Assembly: GCA_000320545.1 (NCBI GenBank)
Contig: ADNK01000036.1
Coordinates: forward strand, 1 to 64,000
Source: Bigelowiella natans CCMP2755
Taxonomy: Eukaryota > Protista > Cercozoa
Length of the DNA stretch: 64,000 bases
Direction: 5' to 3'
The notes beneath the pieces were generated by a model that was given only the letters and a program-made list of their open reading frames with translations, did no database searches and was not told the origin of the DNA. The stretch's first letter is position 1, and each line of letters starts with the position of its first letter. Shown here piece after piece: positions 1-13,248 of this stretch. A program made the translations under genes and the position numbers.

Positions 1-7
1 TAATAGC

Positions 8-132
8 GGGGGGATGGTGATGCAGGCTATGGTTGGGTCGTACTCAAAATTAACATGGGTAAGAATATGGGGGGATGGTGATGCAGGCTATGAATCAGGT
101 CAGGTCCTGCTTAACATGGGTAAGAATATGGG
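8..132. repeat. Two-unit ~61-bp tandem repeat in an EFL1 intron
   Basis: GGGGGGATGGTGATGCAGGCTATG and TTAACATGGGTAAGAATATGGG each occur twice, separated by different ~18-nt segments. Confidence 0.8.
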
Positions 133-144
133 ACTCTGACGCAC

Positions 145-242
145 CTTTCTCCTTCTTCAGATGTGGAAGAATCGTTTCTCTAACCCCCACGATTACGGGG
201 GACCAATGGTAGGTTCAGCATCAACCCATTGATTTCATCCTT

Positions 243-277
<35 letters not shown>

Positions 278-472
278 TGGAAGTAGTACTTATAGGTTTT
301 CTTTTGTCTTTGTTCTCTCTCCCCCCCCCCCCCCCTCACCCCCCTTTCCCCTGCCTATTTCTCTATTTATATCTATCATCCTACTTATTCTACTACGACT
401 ATCACCTGAAACTTAATTCCAGTAGCAAACCGGGTATTGAGATCACGCAGACATCTATGGTATGTGGTATGT

Positions 473-506
<34 letters not shown>

Positions 507-1366
507 CATGTCATAGTGTCAATAACTCATCCTATTTGCCTTCTTTACTTGATATCACCACCATCACCAGCAACAGCAGCAGCAGCAGCATGTAGTATGC
601 AGTAGTTGGCGAGTTAGTGATAATACCTTTCAAGATGCAGCTCCCCCGATGTAACAATCACGTGCTGTCCAGATTTTGTCACCCCTACCTTTTGGATGAT
701 GATGATGGTGGTGGTGATGATAATGATGATGATGATGGTGGTGATGACAATGGCGATTAATTCACGGAATTTCTTCTTCTTCTTCTTCTTCTTTTTCTTC
801 TTCTTCCTCTTGTTCTTGTCTTCCTACAACTAGTGCCATCTCCCCTTTTCAGTCACAACTTACTACTATTTGTAGTAGTAGTAGTAGTAGTAAAAGGAGT
901 ACCTCTACATTTGGATCTGCTTGCTGCAGCAATCTCAATCCCTACGAGAAAGAGCACTTAGTTGATGTAGTTGTTGTAGTTGTGGTAGTTCTTCTTCTTC
1001 TTCTTCTTGTTATTACGGGGATTGGAAAGCACAAGGCCAATATATGCACAGCAAGCAAACACGCATACACGCACACGACGACAACGACTACAACACTATC
1101 ACAACACACGCGTGCATAATCAACCAACAGCATGAAGCAAACTCGACTGATAAACAGAAGATCGGCATTCCTCCTCAATCATCGGCATGGTGCGTGTATA
1201 AGAACAAGCTAATTGGAAACAGTTGCTGCTACTGCGACCTCAAGCAAGGCGGCCATATCCGGATATCGGTTCGGTGTCAGTGCCACCTTGACGATGGGCG
1301 TTTGTGAATGCGACAAAGATGACAGGCCAGGCACCGCCATTGTAGAGCTTATTGTTCCTGTGGAGG

Positions 1367-1408
<42 letters not shown>

Positions 1409-1646
1409 GGACCGAGAGAGAAGGGAGATATAAGTGCTGATGATATCCATAAATACATAGTATATAGCGGGAAAATGAAACGACGACAACGACGACGACG
1501 ATAGACGTTAAATGTAAATAAAAAAGACAAATAAAGAGTAACACACTGACTGAAACTACTAATCTCTCTGATTGAGAGCACTACTACTTATACTCTCATC
1601 ATCATCATCATCATCATCATTGTCATAGCAAGAAGATAATCTAGTC

Positions 1647-1716
<70 letters not shown>

Positions 1717-2365
1717 CATCATCCCGCACACACCATCGCAGTAAGTCTCTAAGTCTCTTACTACTACTACTACTACTACTACTACACTAGAAGGTGAAGT
1801 TTCTTCTCTGACTATATCCCTGCAGAGATAACAACGACGACTACTAGTACTACTGCTTTTTCTACTTCTTCTGCTCCTACTTACCGCTATTGAGCACATA
1901 GTCGTCCAACCCGCCGATCCCAACGATGCATCCTGTTGTTATTTCTCGTTGGCGTGGCTCATCAGTAGTTTTGTTTTCATCATCATCATCATCATCATCG
2001 TCATCACCGAATCACAACACTAGCGATATGCATTTACAAATAACCTCAAAGAAATCGATCATACAATACGAGGGTGGAGAATAAACACAGGCAAACTAGC
2101 GGAGGAGGGAGTGAAGGGAGAGAAACCACCTGCAGGAACAGCAGGGATCGCTTGGAGGGATTTACCCATCAACAAAAACAGAGATAACGACGTGGATGAT
2201 GTGACACCCAAGTATCTGATCCATTTAATGTAGTTCATGGGGGGGCGGAAGGGCAGGAGAGAGAGAGAGAAAATATGATATCACTGTTACGTCACTATTA
2301 TGGCGGAAAAAAGAAAATAACGCAGCAGATCTTCATATCCAGTCGGAACTATTACGCAACAAGCT

Positions 2366-2423
<58 letters not shown>

Positions 2424-2604
2424 TGTGCTTTCTGTAAGTAACACCGTTTATTCATTGCAGTAGGATTTGCGGGGTTGTATCCTGATGGAAGGAGGGAGGG
2501 AGGGAGAGAGAGAGAGACAGAGAGAGAGCAGATGAAAAGAGGAAGAAGAAGTAGAAGATGATGGTGGTGATAGTTATTGTAGCCATTAGATAAGCAGATA
2601 GTCT

Positions 2605-2651
<47 letters not shown>

Positions 2652-3786
2652 TTGTATGTGTGTGTGTGTGTGTGTGTGTGTTTGGAGTATGGTGTGATAT
2701 ACGGTGATGATGCCGACAGTCAGTACTTGTTATTCACTTTTCATTTAATATATGTTAGCAAGTCATAGTAGCTCATATGTGCGTGTGGTGTATTTATTGA
2801 CCGGGCTTGAGCACGTAGATCTTCTGCTCGCTGCATCATGAAAAGGGGGAGAAGGAAGGGAGGCCAACCAGATGAGAATGAGTAGCAGTGGACGACGACG
2901 CGAAAGATAACGATGTTGTACTCATCGAAGATTTCTAGTTCTACCGATCTGTGCGTAACGTTCCTGAGAGGACTCGAGCAAACGCCAGGAATCTTCCAAC
3001 TAATACGACACAAATAGCAGCCCATTCCATCCTCCGGTTATCATCACACATGAGAACGTGTGCTATAGTAGTAGTAGTAGTAGTAGTAGTAGTAGCACAA
3101 CCTTTCTTTCGAGCATTATCCCCCCCCTCTCGAGCTGAAGCTGCTCCATCTGTCTCTGCTCTCCTCTCGTCCTTGTTCTGTTGTTGTTGTTGTTGTTGTT
3201 GTTTTTCATCATCATCCCCTTCTCCTGCCTGTTGAATAGAGCGATTGGGTACGACATGGGGCTTGGTGACTTTGCCCCGAACGTACTGTGATAGATGTAC
3301 CACCCATCCACAGAGGAGAAAGAGAGAACAACAGCCACAACAACAACAACAACAACAACAACAACGAGGAGGAGGAGGAGGAGGAGGAGGAGGAGGAGGA
3401 AGGGGGGGAGGAGAAACCGTCATAAACTACCAACCCACCAAATAATACTGAAGAGAAAAAGATTATCAAAATCGGAAATGGCCAAGCAGCAGATGCATAT
3501 ATGCACTCTTACTACTGCTACTTACTACCACTATCACTACCACTACTACTACTACCTTTTTACGGACAAACGTCGGTTTTGCTCCTTCCTGTGTATGGGC
3601 CCCATCCCCGTGCTCTGAGTACCGTCGTAGCGCCTCAGAAATCGTCTTTTCTCCTACGTCAAGCTAGAGAGAGGGGGGGGGGGGGGGGGGGGGGGTATAA
3701 GATTAGGAGATACATATAGATCGTTCTGCTAAAGAGGTGGCGGTATCCACAACAAATAAGCAGCAGAAATGCACTATGGGCTTCGG

Positions 3787-3821
<35 letters not shown>

Positions 3822-4398
3822 CACTACTACTACCATCTTGGCGACGTAGATGAGCAGATGCTGCGAGTCTATATCACATGAGAGAGATGCGTCCCTCACC
3901 GCTGCATACACCGACGACGACGACGACCACGACAGTGATGGTGATGATCGCGATGAGGATTGTTGTTGTTGCTGCTGCTGTTCAGATGAAGGAGGAGAAG
4001 AAGGATGAGGCAATGGCGACGACGATGCCTTTTCCTTGTTTTTCTCCTGACTCGTGCCGTCAGCCTCCCCCCCACTCTTACTATCACCATCAATCTCTGC
4101 TGCTGCTGCTGCTGCATTTGACCGCAACTGCAGCTTCTTTGGCAACGTCCAAATCCGAGGAATCTTCGATAACTGTTGGTGACAAATGCACATGAATGAA
4201 TAAATTATTCGTAAATAGTACAAAGTTGGAACGGTCAATCAACTACTATGTGGAATCATCGGTATATAAATATAGCAGCAATTAATTAGACGGCAAACAC
4301 AAACACACACACACACACACATACACATCTATCTCGAATAAGGTTCTCAGCAGCACTACTACCAACCACAGCAAGAGCAGCACTTTATCTACCACTCG

Positions 4399-4432
<34 letters not shown>

Positions 4433-5384
4433 ACCTGCGATCTCGATGGATTTGGAAGCAAATCCACAGCCATACCTAAAGTACCAAACGAGAAGAAAAA
4501 GAAGAAGAAGAAGAAGAAGAAGAAGAACGACGACGGGGAGTACATCAATACAGGAGAAGGAGGTATAACGGTGATCGCACACACAACAAGAAGGCAGACA
4601 CTCATTACTACCCTTATCCTCAAACAACTACTGAATCGCTGAAAAACGGGAAAATGACGTAATATCTCATCTCCTCCCTTAAGCAATTTAGGGTGCTAGC
4701 TATGGCACATGATATATAGCATAATAACCAAGAACGCTCTTTGCAATTGGAAGCCATCGTCCAAGCACTGCGCGTATCTTATCCCTCCACTCCCTCCCCA
4801 CCAGCTCACGTGGCGGTACCTATGGAAAACAAGCGGTGTGGTGGAAAGGGGGGGGGGGGGGGGGAATGTGAGTAATGTCGGCGCAACAATTAATAGCATG
4901 GGAGAAGAAGCAGCAGCCGCTCATGAGATTCTATCCCTTTCTTTTTCGCAGATATTATGCGCTCATTGTACTACAATTCCTACACTGAAAAAAGAACGCC
5001 ATCACTACCACCACTTCATTACTTTTGTCCTTGAAAAACTGTACGACAACCATAGCTACTACTACAACTACTACTACTACTAGCACTGCTTCTAGCACTA
5101 TATCTCTTCTTGGATATCCATCAAAGGCTGCTTTCAGCGATTCATTACATGTAGATTGCCTACCTTGATGTTGAAATCTGTGATGTATTGCTCAAGCGTG
5201 TCTTTTGACTTGAGTTCCTCAAGGCCGTACACCTGTATTAATATGTATCTGTGAGTGCGCGCTTAAGGATTGCTGTTATCGTCTGTTACTAGCTGATAAT
5301 TCCTATCGTCGTCTTACGTCACAGATGGGATTGAATAGGAACTCGATCGCCATGAGCTCCTTTGAAGTGTTCTGAGCATCATAG

Positions 5385-5429
<45 letters not shown>

Positions 5430-5822
5430 TACACGTACACATACACACATATCACCACTTGGACAAGCAGCTACATCTAATGAATGATAAGCACTATCAT
5501 TTACGTGTATCATCAACACACGTGTACATGAATCGATCTTATATATATCATGTTTGCCTTCCTCGATACAACGCATACACATATTCCGACACAACAACGT
5601 CTTGATAATAATATATGCAGCCTCTTTACTACACAGATCATTTCAATGTATTTCAACAGCAACAACAACAACAACAACAATAATAAAAATAATAACCTTT
5701 GTCAATTTTCGCATCGGCGTCCTCTTTTGCTTGCTAAGTTGGGATGATAATGATGACGATGATGATGATCATGGTGGTGGTGGTGGTAGTGGTGAGGTTC
5801 TTCATCTTCTTCGTCTTCTTCT

Positions 5823-5857
<35 letters not shown>

Positions 5858-6217
5858 TTCCTCCTATTACTTATGACACTATGACTAATGTAACGATAAT
5901 AATGAATTATGAGTTCTCATTTATGCTGCTGCTGCTGCTGCTGTCTATTTATCGCTGTGTGATCCATTGTCCTCTATCATCAGACCTGTAATAGTACTCT
6001 CCCCACAATGTCCGCATAAGAATGGATTTCTTCACTTGGAGGCGCTCCGAATAGAATTCCGCCGCGTCCAAGAGCGTGAATCTTATGGCACGATGATGAT
6101 GATGAGGAGGAGGAGGAGGAGGAGGAGAATCATGATCGTGTCGCTCAAAGGGGCCACGACGTTACGGGTAAGAGGGGGGAGGGGGTACAGAGACCAGAGA
6201 CTCGTACTTCTTAAATT

Positions 6218-6253
<36 letters not shown>

Positions 6254-7102
6254 CCAACATACGATAGCTAGCACAAAGCTGCTACTACTTTAAGGGAAAA
6301 ACGTAGTAAACACACACATAAACACACACACACACACACACACACATACACACACATATACACATGCACAAAGACTCCTACATACCCCCATGTGTCGTAG
6401 GCGCTCGCAAACGCGACATTTCCCATCTCAGGAGTGAACATCTGCAACGACATGAACACAACGGCAGCAGCAGCAGCAACAACAACAACAACAACAACAA
6501 CACGACGAAACGGACACAAGTTTGATTTGAAGAGGCCAAGACCCAGAAGAACAACATGATATTATATATCGTAGTTGATGATAGATACTACTACTATTAC
6601 TACTTCCACTACTTCTACTACTTCTACCATCATCTCGATATTCTCGTAGCTTGCTTGCCCTCTGCAAAACAACAAAGGAGGAGGAGGAGGAGGAGGAGGA
6701 GGAGGAGGAACACCACGGACGCAAGATATAAAATACTACCAAACAAAAAAAAGTCGTAATATTGGAGGTCTATATTCGTGTAGTATCTTCTGTACAACGA
6801 ACTTTTTCTCCTTCGCAGCTCTCTCCATCGCCTCGGCACTCGCGAAGCTTGAGCATACAGCGTTGACCTTAATGGGATGATGAATTTATTCCTCGCACCA
6901 TTTCATTCGAATTGATATTGCTGTAGTCGATGTTAGTGCCTACACGGCCCTTTGGCAGTATGTTGTTATCGTCATCATCGGCATCGTGGTAATCATCAAT
7001 CATTATCATTAGCATTAGCAAAAGTAGAGAAGAACCCTACAGCAGCAGCGGCCACCTGCTCAATGATTCTGTTGCAATGCGCGTATATTTCGGAAGGCTG
7101 GT

Positions 7103-7139
<37 letters not shown>

Positions 7140-7702
7140 ATTTATATTGATATCATGATAGTTGCGTGGAATCGACCGTTCTGAATGAATACACCGATGA
7201 TAAGCTTTTGTTCTAGCGAAGTGAGCAATTATCATCGGTGCTTCTTTCAACTTGTCAATTGCGGAGGGAGATAGATAGAGTGAGTGAGATAGAGAAAGAG
7301 AGAGGAGAACGAAATGGAACACTGCTGCCGTGCTGCTGCTGTATCTGTTTGATGAAAACTACTTACTTGAGTTCTGTCACCAACTTGTCAATCTTATTAA
7401 TGACAAGGCAACACTTCAGTCGCTCGCTCCAAGCCTGAGCCAATACAGTCCCTATTTGGATGTTAAAGGCAGGTGAGATGCGGCGGGTATATGACGATAA
7501 TAGCAGGTATCATCCAGCGGACTGAAATTCCTAAGACTCGAATAACTCAAAGCATGTTACATTTTAGCATACGTGTTTGGGAGCAGACGCCCTCTACAGC
7601 ATCCACCAACACGATCCCACCATCAGAGAACCGCACCGCAGTGGACACCTGATGGAAATCATCATAATCCACTTTGAGGATGTCGACACACATGCAGAAA
7701 GA

Positions 7703-7745
<43 letters not shown>

Positions 7746-8427
7746 GCGCGCATGCGCTGACAATTAAGCTGCGACATGTTGACTACCTCACTGCAAAAAT
7801 CAATATGGCCTGGAGAGTCAATTAGGTTGACCATGTAAATCCCATCAGGACCTCGTTTGCCGATCTTGATTTTGCTACCAGCATCTCTCGTCTTCTTTAC
7901 CTTCCTCCCCTTTTTCTTCTTCTCTGCTGCCCAACCCCTCCCCCCTTCTCCCTTGTCGCCTTCCTTCTTTTTCTTTTGCCGTTTCTTCTTAACGCTTACT
8001 CCGTCCTTGTTACTAGAATCGTCACTCTGCTGGGAAACGTTTTTGTTATTGCTGTGGCTCTGCGATGATGGTGTTGATGAGGACTGCTTGTCACTGCTGC
8101 CTGTGCCGTGAGCATGTTTATAAAGAAGGGCAATGGAGCTCGACTTCATCGTGATCCCTCTCTACATTATAGGTAGAACCAAAGTCAACATCCGCAGAAA
8201 TTCCAGCATTTAGTGTTTGTGATGTGTGTAAGCGGGGAAAAGCCACCTCTTGCTCGTCATCTCGACTGTCCAGGTATCTAATTTTCCCCTGTTGTCGAAA
8301 ACAAGTGATAGAATATTGATGACATAATATTTTTATTGAAAGAAGACATGGCAACTACTTACTGCAGTTGTAGCAGTAGAAGTACAGCAGCATATAAAAG
8401 GACGATGAGTATTGTGTAGCATATACA

Positions 8428-8469
<42 letters not shown>

Positions 8470-8958
8470 TTACGCTGCGGTGTACATAGCACCGCTAGTC
8501 GGGAGGAGATAATGCCATTGGACGATACGAGGTAATCGGACAGAGTCGTTTTGCCTAGAATAAATACATAAAAGAAGAGAGAGCTTGCTCAACTCAATCA
8601 TTCAGTAGTGCTCATACATAATGGATGGGGAATCACGGCCAATTCGGCGAATACGCGGCTCGGAATACTAAATTTCGAATAAACGTTGGCAACATTACCG
8701 TGGTCGATATGTGCGAGGATGCAGATATTCCGAATGTTCTTCGTCCGCGTCTGTCAAGAAGGGCACGTGTCACCCACCATCGTCTTTTTGACCATTTCGC
8801 TCTCCCTGCTCTCATAGAGCTATATTCGCCTCTCTCCATGCCTCCACTATCCGTTCTACCTTCCCTCGCTGGCCCCCACCTTCCCCCCCCCTCCCTCCCA
8901 AACCCAACACTGCTACTGTGCTTGCCTGCAACTTCTTGATCACGTCCGGAGTGAGCAT
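145..8958 (-). CDS. EFL1: Elongation factor-like GTPase 1 (EFL1/RIA1), multi-exon, 3' part outside the window
   Basis: Spliced exons give MLTPDVIKKLQ / TRTKNIRNICILAHIDHG / KTTLSDYLVSSNGIISSRLA / GKIRYLDSRDDEQE / RGITMKSSSIALLY / [39 protein letters not shown] / INKIDKL / PIVKVALTP / GELHLER / VRETI. SSNGIISSRLAGKIRYLDSR is typical of EFL1 rather than EF2. Confidence 0.93.
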
Positions 8959-9171
8959 GTTTCAGTTCTGCAGATGCCCACCGATGTCTCCCACTGGCCG
9001 AAGGAGGAAAATCCTTGTCGCAGTGATAAATTGCGCGTGTTTTTACTATTTTTTAATTCATTAATTTGTCGGCTTTTTTTATTGGAAACTTCTTCCCGAC
9101 GTCGTGACTTGCCCCCCCCAGCGCTCGCGCCATCCAGGCATCAACGATCGCATCGCAGCCGTCGTAGCGCT
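8959..9171. promoter_or_regulatory. Putative bidirectional promoter between EFL1 and the TMEM218-like gene
   Basis: Only ~213 bp between divergent ATGs, with an AT-rich core flanked by CpG-rich sequence. Inferred from geometry only. Confidence 0.5.
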
Positions 9172-9298
9172 ATGGGCCGGGTCGGGGGAGTTGGGGATGG
9201 GTTGTTCGTGATCCTTTTCTTCGTGGCATGTGGCCTCCTGACATGTGCCTGTGGAAGCTTCTCACAAAATCCCGGGTTCAGCTTCGATTGATGTGGAT

Positions 9299-9331
<33 letters not shown>

Positions 9332-10020
9332 ATAGTAGCAATAGCTCTTAATCGAGGATATGAACTTCCCTTTCTTAAATCCAAATACAGCTAGCGCTGC
9401 ATTTGGGTTAAATAGAAGGTCGTCCTTCTCTCACATAATTGACTAGGTTTTGGTACTGCGTATCATCGACGGCGGTGGGCATTGTCATCGTCTTCATAGT
9501 GGGATATCCGAAAGCGGATTCAGACCCTTCGGATGAGGTAACATATTTAGCCGCCGACGAATATGCCGCACCACTATTCTTCCTTCCACTGAACTTACAG
9601 TTGCAATGTACATACCCAGGAATATGATAATACCCAGTACACACGTGTGGGAATGATGGTTTTCAGCATTGCACTTGCTGTCGTGAGCTTCATTGGGATT
9701 TGTGCACTGTAGGATCCTCACTCATCATTTGATCACGTGATTTTTACGGATACTAACTACATCCATATGATTTCAGGTACGTAACCCCGAAAGCGAGGAC
9801 TCACAAACTTTGAAATAACACCGTATAAGTGTTGTTGTGTTGTCGCTGCACTATCAAAAGAACGACGAATATTCGGAGTCACACATTACTGTTAGTTAGC
9901 TTGCTTGTCGTTTCGGCTGTCTAATTTTGTATGGACAGCTGTTCTGGTGCGTCCCTTGGAGTGTTAAATTAATTATCGTTCGGAGGTATTTTGCAGGACT
10001 AGACATACGATACGTATGCA
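9172..10020 (+). CDS. Small multi-TM protein resembling TMEM218 (ciliary transition zone); 3' end uncertain
   Basis: Exons read MGRVGGVGDGLFVILFFVACGLLTCACGSFSQNPG / FWYCVSSTAVGIVIVFIVGYPKADSDPSDE, resembling the TMEM218 pattern (GVGxGxFIL..., second TM ending in xPR/K). Confidence 0.55.
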
Positions 10021-10673
10021 TGAATGTGACACCGCACTCATGGTGATATATCTTCGTATATTGCCAGCAATAACGTTATCTACTGAAATTCTCATTTATA
10101 TTGCGATATTTGATTGTGTTAACAATGCAACGTGGCTCAGAGGCACGTAGTTATGACAGTTCATTGGCCTAGCTAGCTAGCTAGATAGATGTTCAAATGC
10201 GTAAGCCAGTACTGCAACAATAATAGTAAATTCAATTGTACAATATACCCAGATATTTGCTGCATAGATTTGATGCTCGTTCTCTGGGCTAGCCAGGCTT
10301 AACCAGTCATCACAGACTTGCTTAAGTTAAGCATAATGTTCGCACGCATGGTTTGCATGATCATGTATGTTTGGAGTTATGTAGTTATGCCAGTAAGGCT
10401 AACACAAGCTTTGGACATTAAATATGGACTTCAACTATATGCACAATGCTAGCTGTACATGAGTGTGCATAATTGCCATTTATGTGGGTGCTGCCGGCAT
10501 GATGCACGCCATATAGATTTTGCTTTTGAACATTTACATTACACATTGCGCTACCCGCGAGGAAATTCCTAAGCGATCTTTCCACAACAGAGAAGCTTTT
10601 TCTAACATCACTCTCCTGTGACGATTCACATGCATGATGGCTAGTACGAAAATGTCACTCATCACTTGCTCCG

Positions 10674-11202
10674 TCAATTACTTGTTGTTTCGGTAGCCCC
10701 ATCGTTTCCCGATGGAGTGGCATCGCTGCTATCCTGGCGGTCTGTACCACTTTCGCTAGCATCTTTGTCGGTTTGTGCCAAAACATCGCGATCCCCAGAT
10801 GATACAGGCATACTCTTTCCATCATCAGCCCTGTCACCACGTTTGTTGTTGTTGTTGTTGTTGGGGTTGCTCGCTCCCTCCCCATGTCCGTTTTGGTTAT
10901 CATCATTGCCGTTGCTATCCCGGCTTCCATTTGTTTCCATTCCCGCTTTCGAGCGTTCGTCGTCCTCGTCGGCACCTTCCGTGTCCTTATTCTTTGCATT
11001 AGCGTCTTGGACAGTCTTCCGTGCCTCCTCTACCAACGCAGCAGTTCTTGCCTCCTCGGCACGTGCCATCTCCGCATTATAGTGATCAGCGTCTACCAGA
11101 GTCACCTAGCATAGAAAATGATACGCAAAGAGACGAAGGAAAGGCACGCCCAATGAAGTCATTGATTATTCTGAACAAATCTATTTACAAGCATACACAT
11201 AA

Positions 11203-11233
<31 letters not shown>

Positions 11234-13212
11234 TCACTTATGATGATTGATAAGACCGACTATAAAAGACCTTGAAACCGTCAGGATCTAGAATAGACGC
11301 TGAGTAAGATGAAGATGCCTCGACGCTTTCTCCTGAATCATCATCACAAAAAAGAAACAATAAGACGACTGTCTTCATAATCGATTCCCGACAGCAATCA
11401 AATCTGACACTTGGTCCCCTCCACGGAAATGGAGAGGAATATTCGGTTTATGAATGGAAACAAACTCCGTGAATCTCACCTTTTTTCCGTAACGCCTGGA
11501 CAGCAGCCGCAAGATTTGGAGTGACAATCGTGAGATGTGAGAAACCGTCACCCTGTGCATAATATCGGATAATGACAATGACGATGATATAACAACGACG
11601 GCGGCTGGCGGCATTCATAGAAGGATGTTCTTTGAAGTCAACTATGCATTGATTCATTCATTGCTTTCGAAGATAGCAGCAGTTTTATTAGTAGTTGTAT
11701 TAGTAGTAGTGGTGGTAGTAGTACGTGCGGAGTAACAGCTCCATAGTGGTATCCGAGTTCCAACACTGTGCCCTCAGTCTCTTTCCCGTACCCCATCCAT
11801 CTAACCAAGTAGCAGTGTTAATATTATCGTCAAGATGCGACACACAACCATATATGTTCCTATGTGGGCTTGTTATTATTGTCTGAGGTTCAAGGCGGTA
11901 TTACGCGAGTTTTTCTCTCCTTTTCGCGCTGTTGTGTGTTCGATAGACATCCATTCCGAGAATTTTCCTGAGGGGAAAGGGGGGGGGGGGAGGGGTTGGT
12001 CATTCTCCTCATTATGCCCATTCTTGGCGATCATCTGTTACCTGTAAAAAGCAATCGAGGCCTCCAGATTGCGGACGTTCAGCTTCACCTAACGATAACC
12101 CAGGTAGTATTCTCTTTCCGTCATATTATCTCCTTTCCTCTATCTTGTTTCTCCCCATTCCCTTCGCATTCCTTTTCCTTCTTTTCCCTCTCCCCCCCTT
12201 CTCTCTCTGCTCGTTCGTACTCTGCACAGTGGCTCCATGTAAGGTCGATTTCTTTGCAGCAACATCACTCGATATCCAGCAGGGTCTTGTACAATCCCTA
12301 TCTGATGAACGTGTTACTCTATGTGAGCATCATACAGCTTTCGCTATCCTTTATTATTTATCATTATCTGGGTAATGACGTCCTCAGTAATTTGTTACAA
12401 TGTCCCAAATTGGGGGAGGACACATACACCCATGATCGCTTGTGAAAAGAATAAATAGGACGAAGTAGACAGTTCGGGGGGATTTGATCAATATTGCAGG
12501 ATGTTGCTTCAACGTAAAAACTGGAAATTGAGCAAACACGTAGCAGCAGGAGTAGTAGTAATGATAATAGTTATTATGGTGTATACTTGCGTTCCTCCTT
12601 CTGCCACAGGTCCAGGCCTCTTCACGGAGCTTCCATTTACCGCTGTAGAATCAAATATTGAACAACATGCGCTAAAATATCTTGCTGTGTGTGTGTGTGT
12701 GTGTGTACGTGCACACGTGTATGCATTTGCATTTTCATCGTGTGTTTGTGAGTGTGTACATTTGCATGTGTCCGTGCAGAAATTTGTCCAAATTCTCAGG
12801 AAACACGAAATCAATTTTTGAACTCATCTTCCGTGCACAGCAGTCCGCACATTCGCATTGTTAAAGGTTACCTATTGCGCGGCTGAACAGCCCTTGAACG
12901 TCTTGCGTGGCAATCGTGACCTTTGCATAATTATTTACGAATTCTTCTGTATCAGCCTCTTCTGGTATGTTGGACCCGCTCACACATCAACATAGAAATA
13001 GCAGGGAAGGAAAGAAACAAGTAATTGCTCAACGCACATGTCCGAAGGCCTTATCATGATTGATCTTAGCTCCCTTTGACGACACCTGACGTAGGAAAGA
13101 ATTCTTCATGCAGTTGCTCTCTTGCATTCATACACTTTGAAGAAACATTCTCTTTGTGCGCCTGTAAATTAGGGAAATTGACTTTTTCTTCGAAAAGAGG
13201 AACGTCATCATC

Positions 13213-13248
<36 letters not shown>

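Noticed and set aside
145-8958. Call as eEF2 or Snu114
   Set aside because: The G-domain signature SSNGIISSRLAGKIRYLDSR and the long insertions fit EFL1.
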